Shown here one piece after another: positions 19,303 through 27,727 of a stretch of DNA of 64,000 nt (position 1 is its first letter; every line of letters starts with the position of its first letter). The position numbers and the translations under genes are program-made. The notes under the pieces are model-generated. The model was not told the origin of the DNA. It worked only from the letters and a program-made list of their open reading frames with translations, and searched no databases. Where the stretch lies: NCBI GenBank assembly GCA_038153405.1, contig JAYOYH010000008.1, positions 38,808 to 102,807 on the forward strand. Reading direction: 5' to 3'. Source of the stretch: Gemmatimonadota bacterium. Lineage in GTDB: Bacteria; Latescibacterota; UBA2968; UBA8231.

Positions 19303-20898
19303 TTACTCCTTGTGTCCCAATTTTTTAGCAATTGAATTATATGCTCTACTGGCCAGTTTACGATCCTCTTCTTCAAGCCCCAGCAGCCGCAGCGCGAGGA
19401 CGTATAGTACAGCTAAGACACCCAGCGCCGCCAGCGCCGCTAGCAACGGCTCAGAGGACCAGCCGCGGATCCACACTCCGCCTAGAGCAGCTACTGTCGC
19501 CGCACCGAGTGGCTTGAGCTGCTTGGCATCAAACGGCCAGATGGCATACTGGCGATAAATCTGTCCCATCCGCAGTCCGTTGACCACCAGCGTCGACAGC
19601 AGCGCTCCCACCGCCGCTCCCACCGTTCCCAGCGAGTAAACATGGATCAAAACGATGTTGAGCACAAAATTGGCCCCGAGCCAGACGAGATTGTTGAGAA
19701 AGTTTAAATACGGTCGGCCCGCCATGGCCAATAGGGGCTCGGCTAGGGCGAATGATCCCTGCAGCATCATGCTGACACAGAGCACCAACAGCACTTTAAT
19801 GCCGGCGGCAATCTCCAACTCGGGCAGGGCCTGCATATTCTCTCCGCCCATAAGCGTCAGCACCAGATCGCCGACGATGAGCAACGAGGCAAAAATCGGC
19901 AGATTGATAGTCAAGATCCAGCGGAAGAGCACGCGAAAACGCGCGCTCAACTCGCCGTAGCGCTCGCCGACGGCCAACTCGCTGACGATGGAGCTAAATA
20001 TGGGGTCGAATGCCTGGGGCGCTTTCAGCATGAGGCTGGCGATGCGCCGCGCCAGCGCATAGACCCCGACCATTTCCGCCGAAACAAAAAATCCCAGCAT
20101 GAGCACGTCGAGCTGCGTCAGTACGGCGTAGAGCAGGTCCGTGACCATGACCGGGAAGGAAAAAAGGGCCATATCGCGCCACGCCAGACGGCGGCGCATA
20201 TAGCTGAGGCACGTGCGCAGCGAGAAAAAGCGGTGAAAGCAGTAGATGGCCAGCGCACATATGCCGACGGCCATGCACAACTGCGACCAAGCAACGCCCT
20301 CCAGGCCCCCGCCGAGCAGGCCGACGACCAGCCCGCTCACCAGGAGGATCAGCGGTCCAGCCACGGACATGACGTAGACATCGTAGAGGACGATGCGCAG
20401 GGCGCGAATGGCCGATATGAACACCCAGCACGCCGCCATAAAGGGCGCGGAAAAGGCCATGATGCGCAGCGCCGGCGCAATGGGCTTGTCGTAAAACAAA
20501 GCGATTGAGTCCGCGCTTGTGTAAATGCCGATACACACTACCAGCGAACACGCCCCAACGATGTGCAAGCCCGTTGCCACGGCGCGCTCGGCCTGGCCGG
20601 GACCCTGCGCACGGCCCAGCACCACAAAGCGCACCACGCCGCGCAGCATGCCGAATCGGGCGATCTTATTGAAGGTGGATACGATACCCCACGACAGCGA
20701 GTAATACCCCTGCACATCAAGGCCCATAAACAGGGTCACGACCCAGAGGAACGCTCCGCGCGAGGCCCTGCCCAACTTGCCAACAAATGTGATTAAACCA
20801 CCGCGCGCCAGATCCCTCATATCGCGCCGTTGCTCGGTCGCTAGTCGATCGCTGGGCTGCTCGGTAGGCGAAGACTGGTCCACGACCACTTCCCCCAT
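19303..20898 (-). CDS. MOP/Wzx-type oligosaccharide flippase
   Basis: Many TM segments and family-typical QLDVLMLGFF..AEMVGVYALA. Start uncertain (20898 or GTG 20883). Confidence 0.85.
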   Translation of the reverse strand: MGEVVVDQSSPTEQPSDRLATEQRRDMRDLARGGLITFVGKLGRASRGAFLWVVTLFMGLDVQGYYSLSWGIVSTFNKIARFGMLRGVVRFVVLGRAQGPGQAERAVATGLHIVGACSLVVCIGIYTSADSIALFYDKPIAPALRIMAFSAPFMAACWVFISAIRALRIVLYDVYVMSVAGPLILLVSGLVVGLLGGGLEGVAWSQLCMAVGICALAIYCFHRFFSLRTCLSYMRRRLAWRDMALFSFPVMVTDLLYAVLTQLDVLMLGFFVSAEMVGVYALARRIASLMLKAPQAFDPIFSSIVSELAVGERYGELSARFRVLFRWILTINLPIFASLLIVGDLVLTLMGGENMQALPELEIAAGIKVLLVLCVSMMLQGSFALAEPLLAMAGRPYLNFLNNLVWLGANFVLNIVLIHVYSLGTVGAAVGALLSTLVVNGLRMGQIYRQYAIWPFDAKQLKPLGAATVAALGGVWIRGWSSEPLLAALAALGVLAVLYVLALRLLGLEEEDRKLASRAYNSIAKKLGHKE

Positions 20899-21046
20899 TT
20901 TTGCGCTCTGGCGCCGCGAAAGAGGGCGGCGCCTATCCCATTTAAAGTAATACATGATGGCAAAGTGCGTTCAACATTCCCCCGGATGCCGCATAATCTT
21001 GCGCGATAGGACGGGTCTGTAGGGCATTTTTTGGCGCGGCTAATCG

Positions 21047-21075
21047 TTGACGAAAAATGGCTTTATCTCTAAATT
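21047..21075 (+). promoter_or_regulatory. Sigma70-type promoter for the rightward lipid operon
   Basis: TTGACG-N17-TAAATT in the AT-rich divergent intergenic region. Confidence 0.55.
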
Positions 21076-21250
21076 ATTCAATATATTTCCACCATTTTTA
21101 AGCCATATCCCAACGCCGCTTTGAACGCTGTTTTTATCCATTTTGGGTTGCCATCGGGGCCCCCGACCAGCCCCCTTCCGGCTTCGCCGCGCACAGCGCG
21201 TGCTCCCAGCGCATGGAAAAGGCCGACAAAGTGCCTATTGCAAGCAGATC

Positions 21251-22012
21251 ATGAAAGCGCTCATCCTAGCGGCTGGACGGGGTCGCAGACTGTGGCCCTT
21301 CACGGCAGAACGACCCAAATGCCTCCTCGAAGTAGGCGGTATGACCCTGCTCGAACGCCAGCTGCACCACCTGCGCACGGTGGGTCTACAGCGCATCGTC
21401 GTCGTCTGCGGATTTGGCGTTGAAAAGGTCCGCTCGGTCGTCGACACCATGCCGTTTGCCGGCGTCGAGCTGCTGTACAATCCCTTCTATGCTATGTCGG
21501 ACAACCTAATTTCGCTGTGGGTCGCCCGCAGTGAGATGAATGAAGACCTCATTCTGCTCAACGGAGACAATATCTTCCACCCGGGCACCGTGCAGACCCT
21601 CCTACAGCAGCGCACCCCTTGCAGCCTGTTGGCAGCGCGCAAAGCGCGCTATACCGACGACGATATGAAGCTCTATCTCAACGGCGAGTGCGTGTCGCAC
21701 ATCGGCAAAACGCTGTCCTGCCAACAGGCCGACGCCGAATCGCTCGGCATGCTGTTATTCCGCGACCGGGGCGTGACCGCCCTGCGCCAGGCGCTGGAGC
21801 AAATCGTCTTTCATGACAGCGCGCTCAACAGCCATTTTCCCGCCGTCATTCAGCGCATGATCGACGACGGCCACCCATTTACCAGCTGCTTCGCCCACCC
21901 CTTTGCCTGTTCAGATGTGGACACCCCAGCCGACCTAGCCCGCGTGCGCAGCGAATTAGACCGCTACTCCATCCCAACACCCGTTTTTGACCACGTGGAA
22001 GGGAACACCTGA
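21251..22012 (+). CDS. Phosphocholine/phosphoalcohol cytidylyltransferase (LicC/IPCT-like), second paralog
   Basis: MKALILAAGRGRRL...PKCL, YNPFY..DNLISL, NGDNIF, DDDMK, DVDTPAD. Confidence 0.9.
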   Translation: MKALILAAGRGRRLWPFTAERPKCLLEVGGMTLLERQLHHLRTVGLQRIVVVCGFGVEKVRSVVDTMPFAGVELLYNPFYAMSDNLISLWVARSEMNEDLILLNGDNIFHPGTVQTLLQQRTPCSLLAARKARYTDDDMKLYLNGECVSHIGKTLSCQQADAESLGMLLFRDRGVTALRQALEQIVFHDSALNSHFPAVIQRMIDDGHPFTSCFAHPFACSDVDTPADLARVRSELDRYSIPTPVFDHVEGNT

Positions 22013-23385
22013 TGCGCCAGGCCCTACTGCTATTTCCCCCGGGAGCCAGCGGCGTTGCCCTATCCCGGCGTCGCGTAGCCGGCCTGCGTCTGCTCGACCG
22101 CCAAGTGCGCACCCTAGTGCGCGCCGGCGTCGAACACATCAGCATCGTGCTCCCTTCCGGTGCAGATACCAAGCTGACGCCCCTCGCACAGAAATTGCCC
22201 GTTCAACTCGAGTTCTCGACCCACGGTCAAACACCCACACTACCGGCTCCCGACGAGCCGTATCTACTGCTCATGGGCGAGTACGTCCACCACCACTCGT
22301 CCCTTTCGGCGTGGCTTGGCGGCCGGCAGCAGCGCGCAGCGCTTGCCGTTCACGCCACCGAACACCCTGGTCAGCGCGGTCCGCTGCGCCAGGCCCAAGC
22401 AGGCCTCGGCGAAGTCGAGACCGAGGGAGGCGCTTTTTCGAGCGGTGCCTTCCAATGCAATCCGGCCACCCTTTCGCCGCGCGATTTGAGCGCTGCCGAG
22501 ACCCCCTGGTCCCTCCTATCTTCGGTTGCGGCTGGGGACATCGACGTCGACGACACGGGTCAAGCCCTCTGGCGCCGCGTGGACCGCCCGGGTGGAACAA
22601 GGGCCGTCAAGAACATGCTCTTCGGCCAGGTTACCAAGTCGACCAGCGGCTTTATTTCGCGCCATATCAACGCGCGCTTGTCCATTCCCACCAGCAAGCT
22701 GTTGGTCGAGACCGGCCTGAGTCCACACGCCATCACCGTGCTGCTCGTGCTGACGACCGGACTGTACAGTGCCTATCTGATCAGCATCGCCCAAGACTAC
22801 GGCACGCTCCTGCTCAGCGGCACGCTGTGGCAACTAGCTGCCGTTTTTGACCGCTGCGACGGCGAGGTGGCGCGCGTCAAACTCTGCGAGTCAAAGTTCG
22901 GTGCCTGGTTTGATACCGTCACCGATAATCTCGCCTACCTGTGCGGCTGTATCGGCACGCTGGTTGGCATCAGCCGCCTCTACCCCGACGAGCCGCTATA
23001 CGCCTACATGGGGGGGTCGTCGATCGTCGCCATGTTCCTGACCATCGTCGTGATGTACAGCTACGCACACAAGACGGGCAGCGGCAGCCTGCAGCACTAT
23101 CTGCGCGCCCTAACCCAAGAAGTCTCCGAAGAGGAGAAGGGCTGGGTGCAGAAGTTGATGGAGCGCTACGGCTTTGTCGCCAAACGCGATTTCTTCTCCT
23201 TCTACGTCTTTCTCGCCTGTGCGGCCAACCAACTGGCGCTAATCTACTGGTTTTTGGTGGCCGTGCTGCACTTGGCGGCGGCGGCCGTCCTGCTGTCCCG
23301 GCGCAAAATGCTGCACAGCCACCGTGCAATGGATCGGCGTCCAGAGGTCGCGGCCCAATCCGCCCTAGCCGAGGACCGGCGATGA
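22012..23385 (+). CDS. CDP-alcohol phosphotransferase with a degenerate N-terminal nucleotidyltransferase-like domain (DIPPS/PIP-synthase-like)
   Basis: GFISRHINAR and the complete signature DRCDGEVAR...SKFGAWFDTVTD. TGATG coupling to the upstream gene. Confidence 0.9.
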   Translation: MRQALLLFPPGASGVALSRRRVAGLRLLDRQVRTLVRAGVEHISIVLPSGADTKLTPLAQKLPVQLEFSTHGQTPTLPAPDEPYLLLMGEYVHHHSSLSAWLGGRQQRAALAVHATEHPGQRGPLRQAQAGLGEVETEGGAFSSGAFQCNPATLSPRDLSAAETPWSLLSSVAAGDIDVDDTGQALWRRVDRPGGTRAVKNMLFGQVTKSTSGFISRHINARLSIPTSKLLVETGLSPHAITVLLVLTTGLYSAYLISIAQDYGTLLLSGTLWQLAAVFDRCDGEVARVKLCESKFGAWFDTVTDNLAYLCGCIGTLVGISRLYPDEPLYAYMGGSSIVAMFLTIVVMYSYAHKTGSGSLQHYLRALTQEVSEEEKGWVQKLMERYGFVAKRDFFSFYVFLACAANQLALIYWFLVAVLHLAAAAVLLSRRKMLHSHRAMDRRPEVAAQSALAEDRR

Positions 23386-24434
23386 AATTTTTCAAGTTTG
23401 CCATGCCCGCTATAGGCCTGCTCCTATTGGGCTACCTCATCGGCGCGCTCGGACCGGGAGAAATCGGTCGCCACTTAGCCGTCCTCAAGTGGACCTTTCC
23501 CCTCGTGTTGCTCTTGGCCTGTTCGTGGCATATAAGCAACTCCATCGCCTGGAGCTTTGCCTTTGCGCCAGAGGACAATACGCCCCGCCTGCGCTCGCTA
23601 TTCATGGCCAAACTCGCCGGCGAAGCGGTGAGTCAGATCACCCCGCTGGCCAATCTGGGCGGCGAGCCACTCAAAGCCTACCTGCTGCGCAGCGAGGTGC
23701 CCGACTGGAGCGGCCTGGCGGCCGTCGTCGTCAACAAAGCCGCACAAACGCTTACCGGCCTTGCCTTCACCATGATCGGGTTGAGCATGGTGTTCTTTTA
23801 CTGGGATCTGCCGCTGGAAGTCCCCCTGGCCATCCGCACGGGCCTCGTCGGGTTGATGACGGCGGCCGTCTTACTTGTGCTGGTCCTGTGGAAGCGGCAG
23901 CAGCGGCTGTTCTCGTCTATTGTGCGCGTGCTAAACCGCTTGGGAATGCGCGCGCACGGCATCGAAGAGCGCATGGCCAAGGCCAGCCGCATCGACGCCA
24001 GCATTGGCCGCTTTTATCGCGAGCATAAGGGGCGTTTCTTCCTCGTCCTCTTCTTCCATAGCATCGGATGGATGCTGGGCGCCTGTGAGACGTATGTCAT
24101 TCTGCGGACATTGGAGCCGTCGATTAGCTTTCCCGTCGCTTTCTTAGTCACTTCGCTGACCGTCATCATCAACAGCCTCTTTTTCTTTATGCCCTCCAAC
24201 ATCGGCATCTTAGAAGGCGGTCAGGTCTTCCTGCTTACCACGCTGGGCCTCAACCCGGCCATGGGCCTGTCGCTGGGCATTGCCAAGCGCATGCGCAAGG
24301 TGTTCTGGATTTCCATCGGCTGGCTTTTTCTTACGCGCCTAAGCCACCGGGCACTGACCAACGAGCCCGCAGGGCGCAGACCGCTCTCCCCAGCAGAACC
24401 GCCCATAGCGCACGGGGAGTTGCACTACAATTGA
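23382..24434 (+). CDS. Lysylphosphatidylglycerol-synthase TM / UPF0104 flippase-like membrane protein
   Basis: TPLANLGGEPLKAYLL and PSNIGILEGG motifs. ATGA overlap at 23382. Confidence 0.88.
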   Translation: MKFFKFAMPAIGLLLLGYLIGALGPGEIGRHLAVLKWTFPLVLLLACSWHISNSIAWSFAFAPEDNTPRLRSLFMAKLAGEAVSQITPLANLGGEPLKAYLLRSEVPDWSGLAAVVVNKAAQTLTGLAFTMIGLSMVFFYWDLPLEVPLAIRTGLVGLMTAAVLLVLVLWKRQQRLFSSIVRVLNRLGMRAHGIEERMAKASRIDASIGRFYREHKGRFFLVLFFHSIGWMLGACETYVILRTLEPSISFPVAFLVTSLTVIINSLFFFMPSNIGILEGGQVFLLTTLGLNPAMGLSLGIAKRMRKVFWISIGWLFLTRLSHRALTNEPAGRRPLSPAEPPIAHGELHYN

Positions 24435-25780
24435 TTGCCCTTCTCCTATCGTGTGCTTTTGCCACCGGCCTCTTAGCACAGGAATCCCCTGCTCCCTACG
24501 CGCTCGAGGAACTCATCGCGCACGCGCTCGAGCACAATATGGACATTGCGGCCGCGCGCTGGAAGGTCGCCGCCGCCGATGCCCAACTGCGCAAAGCCGA
24601 ATCGGCGCGCGTTCTACCCCGCCTGCGCATCGACAGCGAGAGTGGGCTCGTGCCAGAAGCCAAAGGCGACATCTTCAACCCCCCGTCCGACACGTCCGGC
24701 GTTCGTCCGCTCGGACCGTTTAACCGCACCGAGCTGGAATTCATCCAGCCCATTTACCCGGTTAGCCGTGGCCGCCAGCTCAAAGCGGCGGCAGAAAACG
24801 GCGTGGGCGTCGAACAGGCCGACTTGGCCGATGCGCGCGTCACCGCTGAATACGAGATAAAGAAGCTATATCACGGCGTGCTGCTGGCGCAGGATCTGAA
24901 CGCGCTGGTGCGGCGTCTAACGGACGAACTCGACGAGCGCCGGGACGATATAGCCCAGTCCGACGCCTTGCCTATATCGAGCCGCTATAAGCTGGAGCTA
25001 GCTCTGCTCGAACTGGAAAAGCAGGAGCGCGAAGTGACGATGCAGCTCAGCATGGCACAGCGCGCGCTGGCATGGCAGGCGGGTATGGCCGATTCGACGG
25101 CGCTGACCCTGCGCGCGCGCTGGCTGGCCCCGGTCCAAACGGAGATCCCTGCAATAGAATACCTTATGCAACAGTCTCTCGCCCAGCGCCCAGACTGGCG
25201 CAAATTACAGGCCGGCATAGCCGCTAAGAGAGCGCTGCGCGAGGCCGCAAAAGGCGCTTACAAACCGCAGGTATTTATCGGCGGTGGGCTGCGCTTTGCC
25301 ATAGCGCCGGGGCGCACCGACCAACACAATCCCTTTGTCAAGGATGAGTTCAATCTCTTTAACGGAGCCGTATTCGTCGGCGTGCGCCAATCGCTTGAGT
25401 TCCACCTGCTCGCCGCAGACGTAGCCAAGGCCGACGCCGAATACCGCCAGCTGGCCTCCATGCGCGAAAGCGCGCGGCAGGGCATGCAGCTAGACGTGCG
25501 GCGCGCTTACGCCGAATGGCAGCGCGCCGAGGGCGATTTGGCTGCGGCGCAGCAGAGCAGACAGCTGGCCCGCCAGTGGCTCAAAGAGGCCCAGGAAGAA
25601 TACGAATTTGATTCCGACCAACTCAAAGAGCTCATTGCCGCATTCGAGAGTTGGGCGCAGATCGAACGGGCGCACTTTCAGGCCATCTACGATTTCAACC
25701 TCAGCGTAGCTGCCCTAGAAAAAGCGTGCGGCGGTCTGCCGCTGAGTCGGGAAAACTTAGATGCACTGCGCGATGAATGA
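24431..25780 (+). CDS. TolC-family outer membrane protein
   Basis: Signal peptide, LEELIAHALEHN, two helical repeats, YDFNLSVAALEKACG C-terminus. Confidence 0.88.
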   Translation: MIALLLSCAFATGLLAQESPAPYALEELIAHALEHNMDIAAARWKVAAADAQLRKAESARVLPRLRIDSESGLVPEAKGDIFNPPSDTSGVRPLGPFNRTELEFIQPIYPVSRGRQLKAAAENGVGVEQADLADARVTAEYEIKKLYHGVLLAQDLNALVRRLTDELDERRDDIAQSDALPISSRYKLELALLELEKQEREVTMQLSMAQRALAWQAGMADSTALTLRARWLAPVQTEIPAIEYLMQQSLAQRPDWRKLQAGIAAKRALREAAKGAYKPQVFIGGGLRFAIAPGRTDQHNPFVKDEFNLFNGAVFVGVRQSLEFHLLAADVAKADAEYRQLASMRESARQGMQLDVRRAYAEWQRAEGDLAAAQQSRQLARQWLKEAQEEYEFDSDQLKELIAAFESWAQIERAHFQAIYDFNLSVAALEKACGGLPLSRENLDALRDE

Positions 25781-27083
25781 GCTCCTCAAATCCGCCCTAT
25801 TGCTCTGTGCGCTAGCGGCGACGGGACTGCAAGCACAGCCTGCGCGCTTTACCGAGGCACTGGGACAGCTACACCAGCAGCTACAGCAATCCGATCGCCA
25901 AGGCGCAGCCATGGCCGAAGACATCGTGCGGCAGTGGGTGGACGTGCGCAGTATTGCCGTCGCTGCATTTGGCCAGTATGTCGAACAAAGCCTCGAATCG
26001 TATCGCGAAGTACTCGACGATCGAACCTTCTCCGAGTTGGTCGAACTATACGAAGGACGCTTGACCCAAGCGGTGGGCAACCGCCTTGTTGTCGACCTCG
26101 GACACCAGCTCGACAACCCGGCGCTGGCCGGCGTCGAGCTGCGCGATTTGCGCGGCGACGCAGCCGGCAACACCGCTTCGCTGGCCGCGATAAATGCACA
26201 TGGCGGCACGACGGCTCTCTCGCTGGAGATGGCCGCAGACGGCGGCACTTGGCGCATCGTTCGAATCGCTATCGACGGCCGCGACCTAGGCGAGCACTAC
26301 CGCGCGCTGTGCAGCGATATCGTCGCCGCGCGCTACTCGCTGCCCGTTCTCGTCAGCCGACTAGAAGAGATGCCCTACATCGCCGTCGAAGACTTTGCCC
26401 AGACCCCGATTGGGCAAACGCCTCTCGACTGGGGATCCTGGCGCGAAAAGGACAAGGGCAAACCGCGCCTGTACCGCGTTCACGCGCGCGGAGAACAGCG
26501 CTATATCGCCGCCAGCGACTCGGGCTACTCGGTCATCTTGGGCAAATTCGTTCACTGGAATCCGCGCGAATATCCCATCATGACCTGGTGCTGGCGCGCC
26601 AATGCGATCCCGCCGGGCGGCAATGAATTTCTCGACCACGCCAACGACAGCGCCGCCGGACTCTACGTCATCTTTTCGCAAAACTGGCTGCACGTGCCCA
26701 AACAGCTCAAGTACGTGTGGAGTTCGACGCTACCCGAGGGGACGGTGGGACGGCGCAAAAAGATTTTCAGGCCTTGGTTCTTCGTCCTTGAAAGCGGCGA
26801 GGAAAATTTGGGGCAGTGGACCTTCGAGCAGGTCGATCTCGAACGAGACCACCGGCTCAAACTCGGCGGTTTGCCCTCCGAACGCACGATTGGATTGGGC
26901 TTGTTAACCGATGCCAATTCAACCCGCTCCTATGCCGAAGCGTTTTACGCCGACATGCGCGTATGGAAGCGAGAAGCGTTGGAACGGCGCCAAATCGCCG
27001 ATTATTGCGGCGGCCTGCGCGACAACGGCCCGACAGCGCGTCGAGGGAGCGCGCTATGGGGCCGCGACCCAATGGACCGATAA
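25773..27083 (+). CDS. Fusion of an MlaC/Ttg2D-like domain and a DUF3047 domain, exported
   Basis: N-half: WVDVRSIAVAAFG...TWRIVRIAIDGRDLGEHYR (MlaC-like). C-half: YPIMTWCWRA, DSAAGLYVIF, LKYVWSS, GQWTFEQVDL, LLTDANST (DUF3047-like). Confidence 0.72.
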   Translation: MNELLKSALLLCALAATGLQAQPARFTEALGQLHQQLQQSDRQGAAMAEDIVRQWVDVRSIAVAAFGQYVEQSLESYREVLDDRTFSELVELYEGRLTQAVGNRLVVDLGHQLDNPALAGVELRDLRGDAAGNTASLAAINAHGGTTALSLEMAADGGTWRIVRIAIDGRDLGEHYRALCSDIVAARYSLPVLVSRLEEMPYIAVEDFAQTPIGQTPLDWGSWREKDKGKPRLYRVHARGEQRYIAASDSGYSVILGKFVHWNPREYPIMTWCWRANAIPPGGNEFLDHANDSAAGLYVIFSQNWLHVPKQLKYVWSSTLPEGTVGRRKKIFRPWFFVLESGEENLGQWTFEQVDLERDHRLKLGGLPSERTIGLGLLTDANSTRSYAEAFYADMRVWKREALERRQIADYCGGLRDNGPTARRGSALWGRDPMDR

Positions 27084-27098
27084 GAGAGAACACACACC

Positions 27099-27719
27099 AT
27101 GAAGAAACAATATGTCGGACTGCTGCTGACGCTATGGATAGGCGCCGTCGCGGCCTGGGCGCAGCCGGAGCAACCTGCACAAAATGGCCCCATAGACTTT
27201 CTCGTCGAGCACGATGCCAGGGTCAGGGGGCTGCTGCAAGAAGCGCCCGGCGATACGCTGCCTAGGGCGCTGAAGGACACTATCAAGGCTCGGATCAACG
27301 CGGCCTTCGACTTCGAGGAGTTGAGCCGCCTCGCCCTCGGGACGCACTGGGAACAGCGCACACCGGAAGAGCGCGCCCACTTTGTGCGCACGTTCAGCGG
27401 CATTATCCGCGAGCAGAACTTCGACAGCTTTGTGCGCTATTACAGAGAGGGCACCATCCGCTACGACGGCCAGCAAATAGACGGCGACAGAGCCGTCGTC
27501 AAGGCATCGGTCCCCCTCGAGCGCGAAACGGTGTCCATAGCCTACGACTTGCACAAGCGAGGCGACCAATGGCTCGTTTGCGACCTCAGCATCGACGGGG
27601 CGAGCACGGCCGAGGGCAACCGGCGGCGCTATGCGCGCTACTTGGAGAAAAAATCATACGCCATGCTCATTCAGCAGTTGGATAAACAGTTGGCGCGCTT
27701 GCTGGAGGACGGGAAATAG
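27099..27719 (+). CDS. MlaC/Ttg2D (HpnM-like) periplasmic lipid shuttle
   Basis: Signal peptide, FDFEELSRLALGTHW..TPEERAHFVRTF, WLVCDLSIDGAS. Confidence 0.9.
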   Translation: MKKQYVGLLLTLWIGAVAAWAQPEQPAQNGPIDFLVEHDARVRGLLQEAPGDTLPRALKDTIKARINAAFDFEELSRLALGTHWEQRTPEERAHFVRTFSGIIREQNFDSFVRYYREGTIRYDGQQIDGDRAVVKASVPLERETVSIAYDLHKRGDQWLVCDLSIDGASTAEGNRRRYARYLEKKSYAMLIQQLDKQLARLLEDGK

Positions 27720-27727
27720 CCCACGCC

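Noticed and set aside
21251..23385. Di-myo-inositol-phosphate compatible-solute synthesis
   Set aside because: The family resemblance is real, but coupling to flippase, TolC, MlaC and MMPL argues for an exported lipidic product. The substrate cannot be fixed from sequence.
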